Shown here: piece after piece, positions 1 to 13,125 of the stretch | How positions within the stretch are numbered: the first letter of the stretch is position 1 | How the letters are laid out: the number at the start of each line of letters is the position of its first letter | Origin: Actinomycetales bacterium | GTDB taxonomy: Bacteria > Actinomycetota > Actinomycetes > Actinomycetales > Micrococcaceae | DNA length: 60,930 nt | Direction: 5' to 3' | NCBI GenBank assembly: GCA_038242035.1 | Contig: JBBSSN010000001.1 | Span: 1 to 60,930, forward strand | Notes under the pieces: model-generated | The model's input: only the letters and a program-made list of their open reading frames with translations | Told to the model about the DNA's origin: nothing | Databases searched by the model: none | Made by a program: the position numbers and the translations under genes

Positions 1-230
1 ATGATGTCGATCAGACGCTTGTGCGTGCGCATTTCAAAGTGCTCGCGGCTGTCCTTGTACTTGTGAGGCGAACGGATAACGCAGTACACGTTCTTCTCCG
101 TCGGCAGCGGCACCGGGCCGACTACCGTAGCGCCTGCGCGCGTGACCGTCTCAACGATCTTCCGTGCTGATACGTCTATGACCTCATGGTCATATGACTT
201 CAGCCGGATGCGGATTTTTTGTCCCGCCAT
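1..230 (-). CDS. rpsJ: 30S ribosomal protein S10 (5' part, runs off window)
   Basis: Not in ORF track; manual translation from ATG at 230 gives [17 protein letters not shown]...[39 protein letters not shown]; follows tuf. Confidence 0.98.
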
Positions 231-626
231 GGCGTCGTGACTCTCTTTCCTGACATAGCGCCCTGCACTAGCAGCACTGTTGACTAAACGCTGTTTACTT
301 ACTCGTTCTGCCGCAGATCCCGTGCAACCGGGATCACGGCGGTGCGGTGCGTGACCGCCACGCTTCCAACGGACTGAATCCGGACATGTCCGGGTTCCTC
401 AATCGGCCGAAGCTCCGACCCCCGCGCCCGGGCGTGTCGCCAATCTGCCGCGTACACACCCATAGAACAAATGGAGGTGGGTTATGTTTGGTCTTCAGCT
501 TGGACCCTGACACCGAGCATTATCTCGATCGGGACACGAAGAAGCGCTTGAACAACTTATCCAGTATGCCGGATTCACCGCCAAAATGCGAATCCACCGG
601 TTGGTTACTGCCTGCCGGCTACTGCC

Positions 627-675
627 GGGAAACGCCAAAGGCGCCCCGCCACCGAAGTGGAGAGGCGCCTTGGCG
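627..675 (-). terminator. Intrinsic terminator after tuf
   Basis: Arms CGCCAAAGGCGCC (633-645) / GGCGCCTTGGCG (664-675), followed by TTT on minus strand, just past tuf stop. Confidence 0.7.
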
Positions 676-698
676 CACATCAGCTAAGCGGCCAAAGG

Positions 699-1889
699 CT
701 ACTTGATGATCTTGGTAACGCGGCCTGAGCCAACGGTACGGCCACCCTCGCGGATAGCGAAGCCGAGGCCTTCTTCCATGGCGATCGGCTGGATCAGCGC
801 GACGGTCATTTCGGTGTTGTCGCCGGGCATAACCATTTCCGTGCCCTCAGGCAGGGTGATGACGCCGGTAACATCCGTGGTGCGGAAGTAGAACTGCGGG
901 CGGTAGTTGGAGTAGAACGGGTTGTGACGCCCGCCTTCGTCCTTCGCCAGGATGTAGACGTTGGCCTCGAAATCGGTGTGCGGGGTAATGGAACCCGGCT
1001 TGACGATAACCTGGCCGCGCTCTACGTCTTCGCGCTTGATACCGCGCAGCAGCAGGCCACAGTTCTCGCCGGCCCATGCCTCGTCGAGCTGCTTGTGGAA
1101 CATCTCGATACCGGTAACGGTGGTCTTCTGAACCGGACGGATACCGACAATCTCAACCTCAGAGTTGATCTTGAGGGTACCGCGCTCGGCGCGACCGGTC
1201 ACAACGGTTCCACGGCCGGTGATGGTGAAGACATCTTCAACCGGCATCAGGAACGGCTTGTCCTTGTCGCGGATCGGATCCGGGACGTTGTTGTCGACGG
1301 CGTCCATCAGGTCCTCAACGGACTTGACCCATACCGGATCGCCTTCGAGGGCCTTCAGGCCCGAAACGCGGACCACCGGGACGTTGTCGCCATCGAAGTT
1401 CTGCGCGGTGAGCAGCTCACGAACTTCCATTTCAACGAGGTCCAACAGCTCTTCGTCGTCGACCATGTCCGACTTGTTCAGCGCGACCAGCAGGTACGGA
1501 ACGCCGACCTGACGGGCGAGGAGAACGTGCTCGCGGGTCTGGGCCATCGGGCCGTCGGTAGCGGCAACCACGAGGATCGCGCCGTCCATCTGGGCCGCAC
1601 CAGTGATCATGTTCTTGATGTAGTCAGCGTGGCCGGGAGCATCAACGTGTGCGTAGTGACGCTTCTCGGTCTGGTACTCAACATGGGAAATGTTGATGGT
1701 AATGCCGCGTTGCTTCTCCTCAGGAGCAGAGTCAATCGACGCGAAGTCGCGCTGCTCGTTGATCGACGGGTACTTGTCGTACAGTACCTTGGAGATGGCA
1801 GCCGTCAGCGTCGTCTTTCCATGGTCAACGTGACCGATGGTGCCGATGTTAACGTGCGGCTTAGTCCGCTCGAACTTTGCCTTTGCCAC
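699..1889 (-). CDS. tuf: Elongation factor Tu
   Basis: [22 protein letters not shown] GTPase motifs; 396 aa. Confidence 0.99.
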   Translation of the reverse strand: MAKAKFERTKPHVNIGTIGHVDHGKTTLTAAISKVLYDKYPSINEQRDFASIDSAPEEKQRGITINISHVEYQTEKRHYAHVDAPGHADYIKNMITGAAQMDGAILVVAATDGPMAQTREHVLLARQVGVPYLLVALNKSDMVDDEELLDLVEMEVRELLTAQNFDGDNVPVVRVSGLKALEGDPVWVKSVEDLMDAVDNNVPDPIRDKDKPFLMPVEDVFTITGRGTVVTGRAERGTLKINSEVEIVGIRPVQKTTVTGIEMFHKQLDEAWAGENCGLLLRGIKREDVERGQVIVKPGSITPHTDFEANVYILAKDEGGRHNPFYSNYRPQFYFRTTDVTGVITLPEGTEMVMPGDNTEMTVALIQPIAMEEGLGFAIREGGRTVGSGRVTKIIK

Positions 1890-2049
1890 AGGTTCCTCCT
1901 AGAACGTTTTGAGAAGACTTACTCGTCAGCGGCGCTTTTCGCTACTGAAACTTCAGCAAGTCTACTGGGGGGCTTTGGGTTTGGTGAAATTGCAGGTTTC
2001 TTCGGGCATCCACTGCAATGCCCTCCGCTTTGTTGCTGCTTGCTTGTTG

Positions 2050-4152
2050 CTACTCGCCGCGGTTCTTCTGGATGATCTCGTCGGCTACTGCCTTCGGGAC
2101 CTCGGAGTAGCTGTCGAACTTCATCGAGTACACGGCGCGGCCCTGGGTCTTGGACCGAAGGTCACCGATGTAACCGAACATTCCGGACAGCGGCACATGG
2201 GCGACAATAACCTTCACGCCGCTTGCATCCTCCATCGACTGCATCTGGCCACGACGAGAGTTGAGGTCACCGATTACTTCACCCATGTATTCCTCAGGGG
2301 TGCGGACTTCAACTTCCATCAGCGGTTCGAGCAGAACCGGGTTCGCCATCCGGGCGGCTTCCTTGAAAGCCATCCGGCCGGCGATCTTGAACGCCATTTC
2401 GGAGGAGTCAACGTCGTGGTAGGCGCCGTCAAGCAGCTTTGCCCTGATGCCGACGACCGGGTAACCGGCCAGCACGCCATCGTTGAGCGCGTCCTGGATT
2501 CCGGCATCCACGCTGGGGATGTATTCGCGCGGGATGCGGCCACCGCTGACCTTGTTTTCGAAGGCGTACAGGACGCCCTCTTGGACCTCCATCGGCTCAA
2601 TCGCGATCTGCACCTTGGCAAACTGACCGGACCCGCCGGTCTGCTTCTTGTGGGTGTAGTCGTGCTTGACGACGGCGCGCTTGATGGTTTCGCGGTAGGC
2701 CACCTGCGGCTTGCCCACGTTAGCCTCAACGTGGAATTCGCGGCGCATCCGGTCGACCAGGATATCCAGGTGAAGCTCACCCATACCGGCGATGATCGTC
2801 TGGCCGGTGTCCTCATTGAGGGAGACCTGGAAGGTCGGATCCTCTTCAGAGAGCTTCTGGATGGCGGTGGAAAGCTTCTCCTGGTCGCCCTTGGTCTTCG
2901 GCTCGATGGCAACCGAAATCACGGGCTCCGGGAAGCTCATGGACTCCAGCACAATCGGATTGGCCAGATCGCACAGGGTGTCACCGGTGGTGGTGTCCTT
3001 GAGGCCAATGGCCGCGTAGATGTGCCCCGTGGTCACTCCGTCAACCGGGTTTTCCTTATTGGCGTGCATCTGGAACAGCTTGCCGATGCGCTCCTTCTTG
3101 TTCTTCGTGGAGTTCAGCACCTGCGTTCCCGATGAAGCATGCCCGGAATACACGCGGATGTAGGTAAGACGCCCGAAGAACGGGTGCGTGACCACCTTGA
3201 ACGCCAGTGCCGAGAACGGCGCCTGGGAATTGGCCTCACGGGTGACAATCTTCTCTTCATCGCGGACGTCGTGTCCCTGGATATCCGGAACATCCAACGG
3301 CGAAGGGAGGTAGGAAACAACAGCGTCCAGCATCGGCTGCACACCCTTGTTCTTGAACGCCGAACCACACAGCACCGGGTAAACCTGGCTGCTGACGGTC
3401 AGCGTACGGATGCCGGCCTTGATCTCCGCGATGGTGAGTTCTTCACCGCTGAGGTATTTCTCCATCAGCTCGTCGTCGGACTCGGCAACGGTCTCGAGCA
3501 TGGCCGCGCGGTACTCTTCGGCCTTGGCCTGCAGATCGGCCGGAATGGGCTCGATCTCGTACTTCGCGCCCATCTCGGTCTCGCCGCGCCACGTCAGCGC
3601 ACGCATTTCGATCAGGTCGATGACGCCCTCAAAGTCACTCTCGGCACCGATCGGCAGCTGGAGAACCAGCGGCTTGGCGCCCAGGCGCTTGATGATGGTG
3701 TCCACCGTGAAGTAGAAGTCCGCGCCGAGCTTGTCCATCTTGTTGACGAAACAGATCCGCGGAACGTCGTACTTGTCGGCCTGGCGCCAGACAGTCTCGG
3801 ACTGCGGCTCCACGCCTTCCTTGCCGTCGAACACGGCGACAGCGCCGTCGAGGACGCGCAGAGAGCGCTCAACCTCTACGGTGAAGTCAACGTGTCCGGG
3901 GGTGTCAATGATGTTGATCTGGTTGTTGTCCCAGAAGCAGGTGGTAGCGGCGGACGTGATCGTAATGCCACGTTCCTGCTCCTGCGCCATCCAGTCCATG
4001 GTCGAGGCACCGTCGTGCGTTTCGCCAATTTTGTGGTTCACACCCGTGTAGAAAAGGATGCGCTCGGTAGTGGTGGTCTTGCCGGCATCAATGTGAGCCA
4101 TGATGCCGATATTGCGGACCTTACTAAGGTCTGTAAGCACGTCGAGTGCCAC
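2050..4152 (-). CDS. fusA: Elongation factor G
   Basis: [22 protein letters not shown] motifs; start moved to GTG 4152 because GGGAGA SD precedes it. Confidence 0.99.
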   Translation of the reverse strand: MALDVLTDLSKVRNIGIMAHIDAGKTTTTERILFYTGVNHKIGETHDGASTMDWMAQEQERGITITSAATTCFWDNNQINIIDTPGHVDFTVEVERSLRVLDGAVAVFDGKEGVEPQSETVWRQADKYDVPRICFVNKMDKLGADFYFTVDTIIKRLGAKPLVLQLPIGAESDFEGVIDLIEMRALTWRGETEMGAKYEIEPIPADLQAKAEEYRAAMLETVAESDDELMEKYLSGEELTIAEIKAGIRTLTVSSQVYPVLCGSAFKNKGVQPMLDAVVSYLPSPLDVPDIQGHDVRDEEKIVTREANSQAPFSALAFKVVTHPFFGRLTYIRVYSGHASSGTQVLNSTKNKKERIGKLFQMHANKENPVDGVTTGHIYAAIGLKDTTTGDTLCDLANPIVLESMSFPEPVISVAIEPKTKGDQEKLSTAIQKLSEEDPTFQVSLNEDTGQTIIAGMGELHLDILVDRMRREFHVEANVGKPQVAYRETIKRAVVKHDYTHKKQTGGSGQFAKVQIAIEPMEVQEGVLYAFENKVSGGRIPREYIPSVDAGIQDALNDGVLAGYPVVGIRAKLLDGAYHDVDSSEMAFKIAGRMAFKEAARMANPVLLEPLMEVEVRTPEEYMGEVIGDLNSRRGQMQSMEDASGVKVIVAHVPLSGMFGYIGDLRSKTQGRAVYSMKFDSYSEVPKAVADEIIQKNRGE

Positions 4153-4178
4153 GGTGTCTCCCTTTGTCAAAAAGCCTT

Positions 4179-4224
4179 TTTCCGGCCGACGGCGTCAGGC
4201 TAGTGCCGCCGTCGTCGGCCGGAA
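4179..4224. other. Intergenic stem-loop between rpsG and fusA
   Basis: TTCCGGCCGAC-GGCG ... CGCCGTCGTCGGCCGGAA inverted repeat; probably mRNA stability/processing hairpin. Confidence 0.55.
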
Positions 4225-4228
4225 GGTT

Positions 4229-4699
4229 CTACCAGCGGTAGTGGGCGAAGGCCTTGTTGGACTCGGCCATCTTGTGAGTGTCTTCGCGGCGCTTCACGGC
4301 GGCACCAAGACCGTTGGAGGCATCCAGGATTTCGTTACGCAGACGCTCGGTCATGGTCTTCTCGCGTCGGCCCTTGGAGTAGCCAACCAACCAACGCAGC
4401 GCCAGCGCGGTTGCGCGGCCCGGCTTGACCTCAACGGGAACCTGGTAGGTGGCTCCACCAACACGGCGGGACTTGACCTCAAGGCTGGGCTTGATGTTCT
4501 CCATCGCCTTCTTCAGAGCGGCCACGGGGTCTCCCCCGGACTTCTCCTGCGCTCCGGCGAGTGCACCGTAAACGATGCGTTCCGCGGTGGACTTCTTGCC
4601 GTCAACGAGGACCTTGTTGATCAGCTGCGTGACCAACGGCGAACCGTAAACGGGATCAATGACTAGCGGCCGCTTCGGGGCCGGACCCTTGCGAGGCAT
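4229..4699 (-). CDS. rpsG: 30S ribosomal protein S7
   Basis: [10 protein letters not shown]...[12 protein letters not shown]...NKAFAHYRW; start at ATG 4699. Confidence 0.99.
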   Translation of the reverse strand: MPRKGPAPKRPLVIDPVYGSPLVTQLINKVLVDGKKSTAERIVYGALAGAQEKSGGDPVAALKKAMENIKPSLEVKSRRVGGATYQVPVEVKPGRATALALRWLVGYSKGRREKTMTERLRNEILDASNGLGAAVKRREDTHKMAESNKAFAHYRW

Positions 4700-4700
4700 A

Positions 4701-5075
4701 TTACTTCTTCTCCATCTTCGCACCGTAGCGGCTGCGAGCCTGCTTGCGGTTCTTTACGCCCTGGGTATCAAGTGCACCGCGGACAATCTTGTAACGAACA
4801 CCGGGAAGGTCCTTAACGCGACCACCGCGGACGAGCACAATGGAGTGCTCCTGAAGGTTGTGACCAACACCGGGGATGTACGCGGTAACTTCGACGCCAC
4901 CGTTGAGCCGCACGCGGGCGACCTTCCGCAGAGCCGAGTTCGGCTTCTTCGGGGTGGTGGTGTAGACGCGGGTGCATACGCCGCGGCGCATGGGGCTTCC
5001 CTTAAGCGCGGGAGCCTTGGTCTTTGAGATTTTAGGGGAGCGGCCCTTGCGGACCAACTGCTGAATCGTAGGCAC
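4701..5075 (-). CDS. rpsL: 30S ribosomal protein S12
   Basis: [34 protein letters not shown]. Confidence 0.99.
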   Translation of the reverse strand: MPTIQQLVRKGRSPKISKTKAPALKGSPMRRGVCTRVYTTTPKKPNSALRKVARVRLNGGVEVTAYIPGVGHNLQEHSIVLVRGGRVKDLPGVRYKIVRGALDTQGVKNRKQARSRYGAKMEKK

Positions 5076-5320
5076 TTATCAGTTCTCCGTTTTTTCCTCG
5101 AGATGGTTCTCGTGTTGCTGTCAATTTGTCCTCGCATCCCGCGCTGTTCGACCGCGCCTAGGCATGCAGAAATGTGGCATTCGTTGCACAAGAACCCTGC
5201 AACCCGGAACTGCATTCCAGGCGACCGCCTGAGAACACACTCATCCACTGCCACACTAACAATTGTTAACCAGTCTAACACGCCGCCGTGAAGCTCGACG
5301 ACGGCGCGATGATGACGGCG

Positions 5321-5362
5321 ACGGGGAACGGCCCCGCACCAGTGGTGCAGGGCCGTTCCCGT
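5321..5362 (-). terminator. Stem-loop/terminator downstream of rpoC
   Basis: GGGAACGGCCC-C-GCACC agt GGTGC-A-GGGCCGTTCCC inverted repeat; no clear U-tract. Confidence 0.6.
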
Positions 5363-5462
5363 TCGCTGCCTCCCAAGCTTCGCAGGCTCAGCTTGGGACC
5401 CTCGGCAGCTCCGTTCGTTGCCTCCCAAGCTTCGCAGGCTCAGCTTGGGACCCTCGGCAGCT
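5359..5462. repeat. 2 x 52-bp tandem repeat, each unit palindromic (REP-like)
   Basis: Units 5359-5410 and 5411-5462 differ at one base; each contains TCCCAAGCT-N10-AGCTTGGGA. Confidence 0.9.
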
Positions 5463-5495
5463 CTCTTAGCGCTGCCTTAGTTTCTTAGCGTTGCG

Positions 5496-8400
5496 CTAGT
5501 TGCTGAAACCGGTGCCCAGATCGTAGTCATCCAACGGGATGGCATGGAACTCGGGCGAGAGGTCCGAGCCAACGCCGGTGTAGTCGAAGTCGCTGAAGGC
5601 GCTCGGGCCAGTGAACAGATTGGCCTTCGCTTCCTCGGTCGGCTCCACCTTGACGTTGGTGTAGCGCGGCAGGCCGGTCCCGGCAGGGATCAGCTTACCG
5701 ATGATGACGTTTTCCTTCAGGCCCAACAGCGGATCGCTCTTGCCTTCCATGGCCGCCTGCGTCAGGACGCGGGTGGTTTCCTGGAAGGAAGCTGCGGACA
5801 GCCAGGATTCGGTGGCCAGCGAAGCCTTGGTGATCCCCATCAGCTCGTTACGGCCCGACGCCGGCTGCTTGCCTTCGGATACCACCCGGCGGTTCTCGGA
5901 TTCGAACCGTCCGCGCTCTGCCAGTTCACCGGGCAGCAGGTTGGATTCGCCGGACTCGATGACCGTGACGCGGCGCAGCATCTGGCGGACGATAACCTCG
6001 ACATGCTTGTCGTGGATACCCACCCCCTGGCTGCGGTAGACGCGCTGAACTTCCTCCACCAGGTGCTTCTGAGCCGCACGCGGCCCAAGAATACGCAGCA
6101 CCTGCTTCGGGTCAACCGCACCCACTACCAGCTTCTCGCCCACCTCTACATGGTCGCCGTCGGCAACCTGCAGACGCGCCCGACGCAGCACCGGGTAGGC
6201 AATTTCCTCGGAACCATCGTCCGGAGTGAGTACCAGACGCATCTGGCGCTCGGTCTCCTCGATGGTGATGCGGCCGGCCGCCTCGGCGATCGGTGCAACA
6301 CCCTTAGGTGTCCGGGCCTCGAAGAGCTCCTGGATACGCGGCAGACCCTGTGTGATGTCCTCACCGCGGTTGGCGGAAACAGCACCACCGGTGTGGAAAG
6401 TACGCATGGTCAGCTGCGTGCCGGGCTCACCAATGGACTGTGCGGCAATAATGCCGACGGCCTCACCGATGTCCACCGTCTTACCGGTCGCCAGCGAGCG
6501 TCCGTAGCACAGTGCACAGGTACCGACGCTGGACTCGCAGGTCAGCACGGAGCGGACTTTGACGTCGGTAATGCCGGCAGCGAAAAGTTCGCCGATCAGC
6601 ACATCGCCGACGTCGGCCCCGGCCTCGGCCAGCACCTTGCCCTTGGAATCGACGACCTCCGTGGCCAGAGTACGGGCGTAAACGCTGTTCTCGACCTCCT
6701 CATGCAACGTCAATTCACCGTTCGCATCCGCTACGGCGATCGGCAGGGTCAGGCCCCGCTCGGTGCCGCAATCGTCCTCGCGGACGATGACGTCCTGCGA
6801 AACATCCACCAGTCGGCGGGTCAGGTAACCCGAGTTGGCGGTACGCAGAGCCGTATCTGCCAGCCCCTTACGGGCGCCGTGCGTGGCGATGAAGTATTCC
6901 AGCACCGACAGGCCCTCACGGTAGGAGGACTTGATCGGGCGCGGAATGATTTCACCCTTGGGGTTGGCCACCAGACCACGGATACCGGCAATCTGACGGA
7001 CCTGCATCCAGTTACCACGGGCACCGGAGGAAACCATCCGGTTGATCGTGTTGGATGCGGACAGGTTCTTCCTCATCACATCGGCGATCTCGTTCGTGGC
7101 CTGGTTCCAGATGTCGATCAGTTCCTGGCGACGCTCGTCATCGGCGATCAGGCCCTTCTCGAACTGGGACTGGACCTTGGCTGCCTTGGCTTCATAGCCC
7201 TCCAGGATGGCGGGCTTTTCCTTCGGCACCTCAATGTCGGAGATGGCCACGGTCACACCGGAGCGGGTGGCCCAGTAGAAGCCGGCATCCTTGAGGTTAT
7301 CCAGCGTTGCCGCAACAACAACCTTCGGGTACCGCTCGGCCAGGTCGTTCACGATCGTGGACAGTTCGCCCTTGTCCGCAACGTTTTCCACCCACGGGTA
7401 GTCCTCGGGCAGGGTCTCATTGAAGATGACCTGTCCCAGCGATGTGGTGACGATGGCCGGCTGACCGGCCTCCCAGCCTTCCGGAGCTTCCCAGCCCGTG
7501 TACGGGACAAAGTTGTCCAACCGGATCTTGACCTGGGAGTTCAGGTGCAGCACGCCCGCATCGTGGGCCATAATGGCCTCCGCTGCGGTGGTGAAGGACC
7601 TGCCTTCCCCGGCGGAGCCGGAGCGCTTGGTGGTCAGGTGGTACAGACCGATGATCATATCCTGCGACGGAAGGGTCACCGGACGGCCGTCCGAGGGCTT
7701 GAGGATATTGTTCGAGGACAGCATCAGAATGCGTGCCTCGGCCTGGGCCTCGGGGCTCAGCGGCAGGTGCACGGCCATCTGATCGCCGTCGAAGTCTGCG
7801 TTGAACGCGCCACAGACCAGGGGGTGCAGCTGAATGGCCTTGCCCTCCACGAGCTGAGGCTCGAACGCCTGGATGCCCAAGCGGTGCAGGGTTGGTGCAC
7901 GGTTCAGCAGTACCGGGTGCTCGGTGATGATCTCTTCGAGAACATCCCAGACCTGCGGGCGGAAACGCTCCACCATCCGCTTGGCGCTCTTAATGTTCTG
8001 CGCATGGTTCAGATCCACCAGGCGCTTCATCACGAACGGCTTGAACAGTTCCAGAGCCATCTGCTTGGGCAGACCGCACTGGTGCAGTTTCAGCTGCGGT
8101 CCAACAACGATCACGGAGCGGCCGGAGTAATCCACGCGCTTACCCAGGAGGTTCTGGCGGAATCGTCCCTGCTTGCCCTTGAGCATGTCGGAGAGCGACT
8201 TCAGCGGGCGGTTGCCTGGTCCGGTGACCGGGCGGCCGCGGCGGCCGTTGTCGAAGAGGCTGTCAACGGCTTCCTGAAGCATCCGCTTCTCGTTGTTGAC
8301 GATGATCTCCGGTGCACCCAGATCAAGCAGACGCTTGAGCCGGTTATTGCGGTTGATCACGCGACGGTACAGGTCGTTCAGGTCCGAGGTGGCGAAACGC

Positions 8401-9398
8401 CCACCGTCAAGCTGGACCATCGGGCGCAGTTCCGGCGGAATCACCGGGACGGCATCGAGCACCATACCCAGCGGAGAATTGTTGGTGGTCAGGAAAGCAT
8501 TGACCACCTTCAGCCGCTTCAGGGCACGGGTTTTGCGCTGGCCCTTGCCATTGGCAATGATGTCGCGCAGCAGCTCGCCCTCGGCGTTCATGTCGAAGTT
8601 TTCCAGGCGCTTCTTGATTGCCTCGGCCCCCATGGACCCTTCGAAGAACATGCCGTAGCGGTCCCGCAGTTCGCGGTAGAGGCCCTCGTCGCCTTCGAGA
8701 TCGGCAACCTTGAGTCCCTTGAAGCGGTCCCATACCTGAGTGAGCCGCTCGATCTCCGCGTCCGCACGCTTGCGGATGTTAGCCATCTGGCGGTCCGCAG
8801 AGTCGCGGGCCTTCTTCTTCTCGGCAGCCTTGGCTCCCTCGCCCTCGAGACGGGAAAGCTCGTTCTCCAGGTCCCGGGCCACCGTGGCGATGTCCGAGTC
8901 GCGGGTGTCGACGAGCTGCTTGGTCTCCAGGTCATGCTCGACCTGGAGGTTCGGCAATTCCGCGTGGCGGGCTTCCTCGTCAACGCTGGTAATCATGTAG
9001 GCGGCGAAGTAAATGACCTTTTCGAGGTCCTTCGGGGCCAGGTCGAGGAGGTAGCCCAGACGGGACGGGACACCCTTGAAGTACCAGATGTGCGTGACAG
9101 GTGCGGCCAGCTCAATGTGGCCCATCCGCTCGCGGCGGACCTTGGCACGGGTTACCTCGACGCCGCAGCGCTCACAGATGATGCCCTTGAAGCGGACGCG
9201 CTTGTACTTTCCGCAGTAGCACTCCCAGTCCCGGGACGGGCCGAAGATCTTCTCGCAGAAGAGGCCGTCTTTCTCGGGCTTGAGTGTGCGGTAGTTGATG
9301 GTTTCCGGCTTCTTGACTTCGCCGTGCGACCAGTCGCGGATGTCATCCGCAGTGGCCAGGCCGATCTGCATGAGGCCGAAGGAGGATTCGCTGGACAT
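5496..9398 (-). CDS. rpoC: RNA polymerase beta' subunit
   Basis: NADFDGD catalytic motif, CxC...CxxC Zn ribbon, actinobacterial N-terminal coiled-coil insert; 1300 aa. Confidence 0.99.
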   Translation of the reverse strand: MSSESSFGLMQIGLATADDIRDWSHGEVKKPETINYRTLKPEKDGLFCEKIFGPSRDWECYCGKYKRVRFKGIICERCGVEVTRAKVRRERMGHIELAAPVTHIWYFKGVPSRLGYLLDLAPKDLEKVIYFAAYMITSVDEEARHAELPNLQVEHDLETKQLVDTRDSDIATVARDLENELSRLEGEGAKAAEKKKARDSADRQMANIRKRADAEIERLTQVWDRFKGLKVADLEGDEGLYRELRDRYGMFFEGSMGAEAIKKRLENFDMNAEGELLRDIIANGKGQRKTRALKRLKVVNAFLTTNNSPLGMVLDAVPVIPPELRPMVQLDGGRFATSDLNDLYRRVINRNNRLKRLLDLGAPEIIVNNEKRMLQEAVDSLFDNGRRGRPVTGPGNRPLKSLSDMLKGKQGRFRQNLLGKRVDYSGRSVIVVGPQLKLHQCGLPKQMALELFKPFVMKRLVDLNHAQNIKSAKRMVERFRPQVWDVLEEIITEHPVLLNRAPTLHRLGIQAFEPQLVEGKAIQLHPLVCGAFNADFDGDQMAVHLPLSPEAQAEARILMLSSNNILKPSDGRPVTLPSQDMIIGLYHLTTKRSGSAGEGRSFTTAAEAIMAHDAGVLHLNSQVKIRLDNFVPYTGWEAPEGWEAGQPAIVTTSLGQVIFNETLPEDYPWVENVADKGELSTIVNDLAERYPKVVVAATLDNLKDAGFYWATRSGVTVAISDIEVPKEKPAILEGYEAKAAKVQSQFEKGLIADDERRQELIDIWNQATNEIADVMRKNLSASNTINRMVSSGARGNWMQVRQIAGIRGLVANPKGEIIPRPIKSSYREGLSVLEYFIATHGARKGLADTALRTANSGYLTRRLVDVSQDVIVREDDCGTERGLTLPIAVADANGELTLHEEVENSVYARTLATEVVDSKGKVLAEAGADVGDVLIGELFAAGITDVKVRSVLTCESSVGTCALCYGRSLATGKTVDIGEAVGIIAAQSIGEPGTQLTMRTFHTGGAVSANRGEDITQGLPRIQELFEARTPKGVAPIAEAAGRITIEETERQMRLVLTPDDGSEEIAYPVLRRARLQVADGDHVEVGEKLVVGAVDPKQVLRILGPRAAQKHLVEEVQRVYRSQGVGIHDKHVEVIVRQMLRRVTVIESGESNLLPGELAERGRFESENRRVVSEGKQPASGRNELMGITKASLATESWLSAASFQETTRVLTQAAMEGKSDPLLGLKENVIIGKLIPAGTGLPRYTNVKVEPTEEAKANLFTGPSAFSDFDYTGVGSDLSPEFHAIPLDDYDLGTGFSN

Positions 9399-9470
9399 AT
9401 GGTCCCTGTTCTCTCTTGTTCTCTAATTCTGAATGTCTATGCGGGGTGCGGAAGGAAGTGCAGCGACGTA

Positions 9471-9510
9471 GCCGGCTTTCGCCGGTTGACGCCGGCTTTT
9501 GCCGGTTGAC
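9471..9510. repeat. 2 x 20-bp tandem repeat in rpoB-rpoC spacer
   Basis: GCCGGCTTTCGCCGGTTGAC / GCCGGCTTTTGCCGGTTGAC, one mismatch; adjacent hairpin ~9515-9563. Confidence 0.85.
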
Positions 9511-9591
9511 CGCCCGGAACGGCGGGCCGAAGGGATCTTCGGAGCCTTCGGCACGCCGTCCCGAGCCTAGGCACGAGAACCGGTTACGGAA

Positions 9592-12500
9592 CTAAACTTC
9601 TTCGACGGAATTCGGCTCGGCTCGTGAGAGGTCGATGCCCAGTTCCTCCGCTGCCCGGAAGACTTCTTCATCCGAGTCACGCATCTCAATCGTGGTGCCG
9701 TCGGTGGAAAGCACTTCCACGTTCAGGCACAGCGACTGCATTTCCTTGATCAGAACCTTGAAGGATTCGGGGATGCCCGGCTCCGGAATGTTCTCACCCT
9801 TCACGATCGCCTCGTAGACCTTCACGCGACCGTGAATGTCATCGGACTTGATCGTCAGCAGTTCCTGCAGCGTGTACGCCGCGCCGTAAGCCTCCAGGGC
9901 CCACACTTCCATCTCACCAAAACGCTGTCCGCCGAACTGCGCCTTACCGCCCAGGGGCTGCTGGGTGATCATGGAGTACGGACCGGTGGAGCGGGCATGG
10001 ATCTTGTCGTCCACCAGGTGGTGGAGCTTCAGGATGTACATGTAACCCACGGAAATCGGGTCCGGGAACTGCTCGCCGGAGCGGCCGTCGAAGAGCACGG
10101 TCTTACCGGAGGAATCGATCAGCCGCACACCATCACGGGTGAGCGTGGTCGAATCGAGCAGACCGGTGATCTCTTCTTCACGCGCGCCGTCGAACACCGG
10201 GGTGGCAACCGTCGTCTGGCCGGAAATCCGGGGCAGGTTCGGCAGGTTCTTAACCCATTCCGGATCTCCCTCGATGTTCCAACCGGTCTTCGCGACCCAG
10301 CCGAGGTGTGTTTCCAGCACCTGGCCGACGTTCATCCGGCCCGGAACACCCAGCGGGTTGAGCACGATGTCAACCGGCGTTCCGTCGGCCAGGAACGGCA
10401 TATCCTCGATCGGCAGGATCTTGGAGATGACGCCCTTGTTACCGTGGCGGCCGGCCAGCTTGTCACCATCGGTGATCTTGCGCTTGTTGGCCACGTAGAT
10501 GCGCACCAGCTGATTGACGCCCGGGGGCAGCTCGTCGTCGGAATCGCGATCGAAGATCCGGACACCGATGACGGTGCCGGACTCGCCGTGTGGAACCTTC
10601 AGCGAAGTGTCCCGGACTTCCCGGCTCTTCTCGCCGAAGATGGCACGCAGCAGGCGCTCTTCCGGCGTCAGCTCAGTCTCGCCCTTGGGCGTGACCTTCC
10701 CGACCAGGATGTCGCCCGCTTCTACCTCGGCACCAATGTGAATGATGCCGCGCTCGTCCAGTCCGGCGAGGATCTCCTCGGAGACGTTCGGGATGTCACG
10801 GGTGATTTCCTCGGCACCAAGCTTGGTGTCGCGGGCATCAATTTCATGCTCTTCGATGTGAATGGAAGAGAGAACGTCCTCGGCAACGATGCGCTGGCTG
10901 AGAATGATCGCATCCTCGTAGTTATGTCCTTCCCAGGACATAAAGGCGACGAGCAGGTTCTTGCCCAGTGCCAGCTCACCCTGATCCGTGGCGGGACCGT
11001 CGGCAATGATGCCGCCGACTTCCAGCCGCAGACCCTCCGAGACCAGGACGCGCTGGTTGTACGCGGTGCCCTGGTTGGAGCGGTTGTACTTGGCGATCGG
11101 GTAGTTCGTCTCGGTGCCGTCGTCGTTAAGCATGACGACGAGATCGGCCGAAACCTCGGAGACCACACCGGCCTTCTTAGCGATGACGACGTCGCCGGCG
11201 TCGACCGCGGTCGCACGCTCCATTCCGGTGCCCACGAAAGGAGCCTCGGAACGGACCAGCGGTACGGCCTGACGCTGCATGTTCGCACCCATCAGGGCGC
11301 GGTTGGCGTCATCGTGCTCCAGGAACGGGATCAGCGCGGTAGCCACCGACACCATCTGGCGCGGGGAGACGTCCATGTACTCAACCTCAGCGGCCGGAAT
11401 CAGCACCGGCTCGCCGCCACCGCCGCGCTGGCGGACCAGGACGGTTTCCTCGGCAAAATCGCTTGCTGCTGTCAGCGGCGCGTTGGCCTGGGCAATAACG
11501 ACCTCAACCTCGTCATCGGCCGTGAGGTAATCGACGTCGTCGCTCACGTGACCGTTGAAGACCTTGCGGTACGGCGTCTCGATGAAGCCGAACGGGTTGA
11601 TCCGGCCGTAGGAGGCCAGCGAGCCGATCAGACCAATGTTCGGCCCTTCAGGGGTTTCAATCGGGCACATGCGTCCGTAGTGCGACGGGTGAACGTCGCG
11701 GACTTCCATGCCGGCACGGTCACGGGACAGACCACCCGGGCCCAGCGCGGAAAGACGGCGTTTGTGCGTCAGACCGGCCAGCGGGTTGTTCTGGTCCATG
11801 AACTGCGACAGCTGGGATGTTCCGAAGAACTCCTTAATGGCTGCAACGACGGGGCGGATGTTGATCAGGGTCTGCGGCGTAATCGCCTCGACATCCTGGG
11901 TCGTCATGCGCTCCCGGACAACGCGCTCCATCCGGGAAAGGCCCGTTCGGACCTGGTTCTCGATCAGTTCGCCGACGGCGCGGATGCGGCGGTTGCCGAA
12001 GTGGTCGATGTCGTCGGTCTCGACGCGGAGCTCGTGCTCCTTGCCGTCCCGCTTGCCGGCCAGCGTCTTGTCGCCGTTGTGCAGGGCCACCAGGAACTTG
12101 ATCATCGCAACAATGTCGTCAATGTCCAGGACGGAGGCGTCCTCGGAGTTCAGCGGCTTGTCGATGCCGAGCTTGCGGTTGATCTTGTAACGGCCAACCT
12201 TGGCCAGATCGTAGCGCTTCGGGTTGAAGTACAGATTGTGCAGCAGCGCGTCGGCAGCCTCGACCGTGGGCGGCTCGCCCGGCCGCAGCTTCCGGTAGAT
12301 GTCCAGCAACGCATCTTCACGGGTCACGGTGGTGTCTTTTTCCATCGTGGCACGAATGGAATCGTACTGGCCGAATTCCTCGAGGATCTGTCCTTCGCTC
12401 CAGCCCAATGCCTTCAGCAGGACCGTGACCGACTGCTTGCGCTTGCGGTCAAGGCGGACGCCGACCTGGTCGCGCTTGTCGATCTCGAGTTCAAACCAGG

Positions 12501-13125
12501 CACCGCGGGACGGGATGATCTTGGCGGTGAAGATGTCCTTGTCACTGGTCTTGTCCGCGGTGCGCTCGAAGTAGGCACCCGGGGAACGGACCAGCTGGGA
12601 GACGACGACGCGCTCGGTACCGTTGATGACGAAGGTACCCTTCTCCGTCATGAGCGGGAAGTCCCCCATGAACACCGTCTGCTGCTTGATCTCGCCGGTG
12701 TTATTGTTCATAAACTCGGCCTTGACATACAGCGGAGCCGCAAACGTTGCGTCACGGTCCTTGCATTCGGCCATGGTGTACTTGGGATCGGAGAACTCCG
12801 GTTCCGAGAACGACAGGGACATGGTGCCCTGGAAATCCTCGATCGGGGAGATCTCTTCGAAGATATCCGCCAAACCCGAGGTGGTGGCGACGCTCTGGTC
12901 CCCGGACTTCACGGCGGTGTCCATCCGCGACTGCCAGCGCTCATTGCCGACGAGCCAGTCAAAGCTCTCGGTCTGCAGGGCAAGCAGATTCGGAACGTCC
13001 AGCGGCTCGTGAATCTTTGCGAATGAGATACGACGCGTGGCACCATCGGTGCTGTTGGTATCAATAGCGGTTGTAGCACTGTTTGCATTAGCGCTGTTTA
13101 CATTAGAGGTGCTCGAGGCGACCAA
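9592..13125 (-). CDS. rpoB: RNA polymerase beta subunit
   Basis: [36 protein letters not shown]; start likely TTG 13125 after GGAAGG SD (track start 13140). Confidence 0.99.
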   Translation of the reverse strand: MVASSTSNVNSANANSATTAIDTNSTDGATRRISFAKIHEPLDVPNLLALQTESFDWLVGNERWQSRMDTAVKSGDQSVATTSGLADIFEEISPIEDFQGTMSLSFSEPEFSDPKYTMAECKDRDATFAAPLYVKAEFMNNNTGEIKQQTVFMGDFPLMTEKGTFVINGTERVVVSQLVRSPGAYFERTADKTSDKDIFTAKIIPSRGAWFELEIDKRDQVGVRLDRKRKQSVTVLLKALGWSEGQILEEFGQYDSIRATMEKDTTVTREDALLDIYRKLRPGEPPTVEAADALLHNLYFNPKRYDLAKVGRYKINRKLGIDKPLNSEDASVLDIDDIVAMIKFLVALHNGDKTLAGKRDGKEHELRVETDDIDHFGNRRIRAVGELIENQVRTGLSRMERVVRERMTTQDVEAITPQTLINIRPVVAAIKEFFGTSQLSQFMDQNNPLAGLTHKRRLSALGPGGLSRDRAGMEVRDVHPSHYGRMCPIETPEGPNIGLIGSLASYGRINPFGFIETPYRKVFNGHVSDDVDYLTADDEVEVVIAQANAPLTAASDFAEETVLVRQRGGGGEPVLIPAAEVEYMDVSPRQMVSVATALIPFLEHDDANRALMGANMQRQAVPLVRSEAPFVGTGMERATAVDAGDVVIAKKAGVVSEVSADLVVMLNDDGTETNYPIAKYNRSNQGTAYNQRVLVSEGLRLEVGGIIADGPATDQGELALGKNLLVAFMSWEGHNYEDAIILSQRIVAEDVLSSIHIEEHEIDARDTKLGAEEITRDIPNVSEEILAGLDERGIIHIGAEVEAGDILVGKVTPKGETELTPEERLLRAIFGEKSREVRDTSLKVPHGESGTVIGVRIFDRDSDDELPPGVNQLVRIYVANKRKITDGDKLAGRHGNKGVISKILPIEDMPFLADGTPVDIVLNPLGVPGRMNVGQVLETHLGWVAKTGWNIEGDPEWVKNLPNLPRISGQTTVATPVFDGAREEEITGLLDSTTLTRDGVRLIDSSGKTVLFDGRSGEQFPDPISVGYMYILKLHHLVDDKIHARSTGPYSMITQQPLGGKAQFGGQRFGEMEVWALEAYGAAYTLQELLTIKSDDIHGRVKVYEAIVKGENIPEPGIPESFKVLIKEMQSLCLNVEVLSTDGTTIEMRDSDEEVFRAAEELGIDLSRAEPNSVEEV

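Noticed and set aside
347-706. ORFs in the tuf-rpsJ spacer
   Set aside because: Overlap the terminator, promoter and leader; no coding signature
4701-5075. Possible streptomycin-resistance alleles in rpsL
   Set aside because: K43 (PKKPNS) and K88 (RVKDLP) are wild type
5359-5462. Palindromic repeats as a mini-CRISPR (also 45626-45711)
   Set aside because: Only two directly abutting units, no spacers, no cas genes
11745-11830. RpoB rifampicin cluster I reads NPLAGLTHK (Ala where E. coli and M. tuberculosis have Ser)
   Set aside because: Ala at this position occurs naturally in susceptible taxa such as Bacillus subtilis; the key Q, D, H and S residues are wild type, so no resistance claim
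924-13026. Very long antisense ORFs (e.g. 5544-9509, 9832-13026, 924-2075, also 52151-54406)
   Set aside because: Shadow ORFs opposite high-GC3 genes; no recognisable motifs and fully overlapped by certain genes
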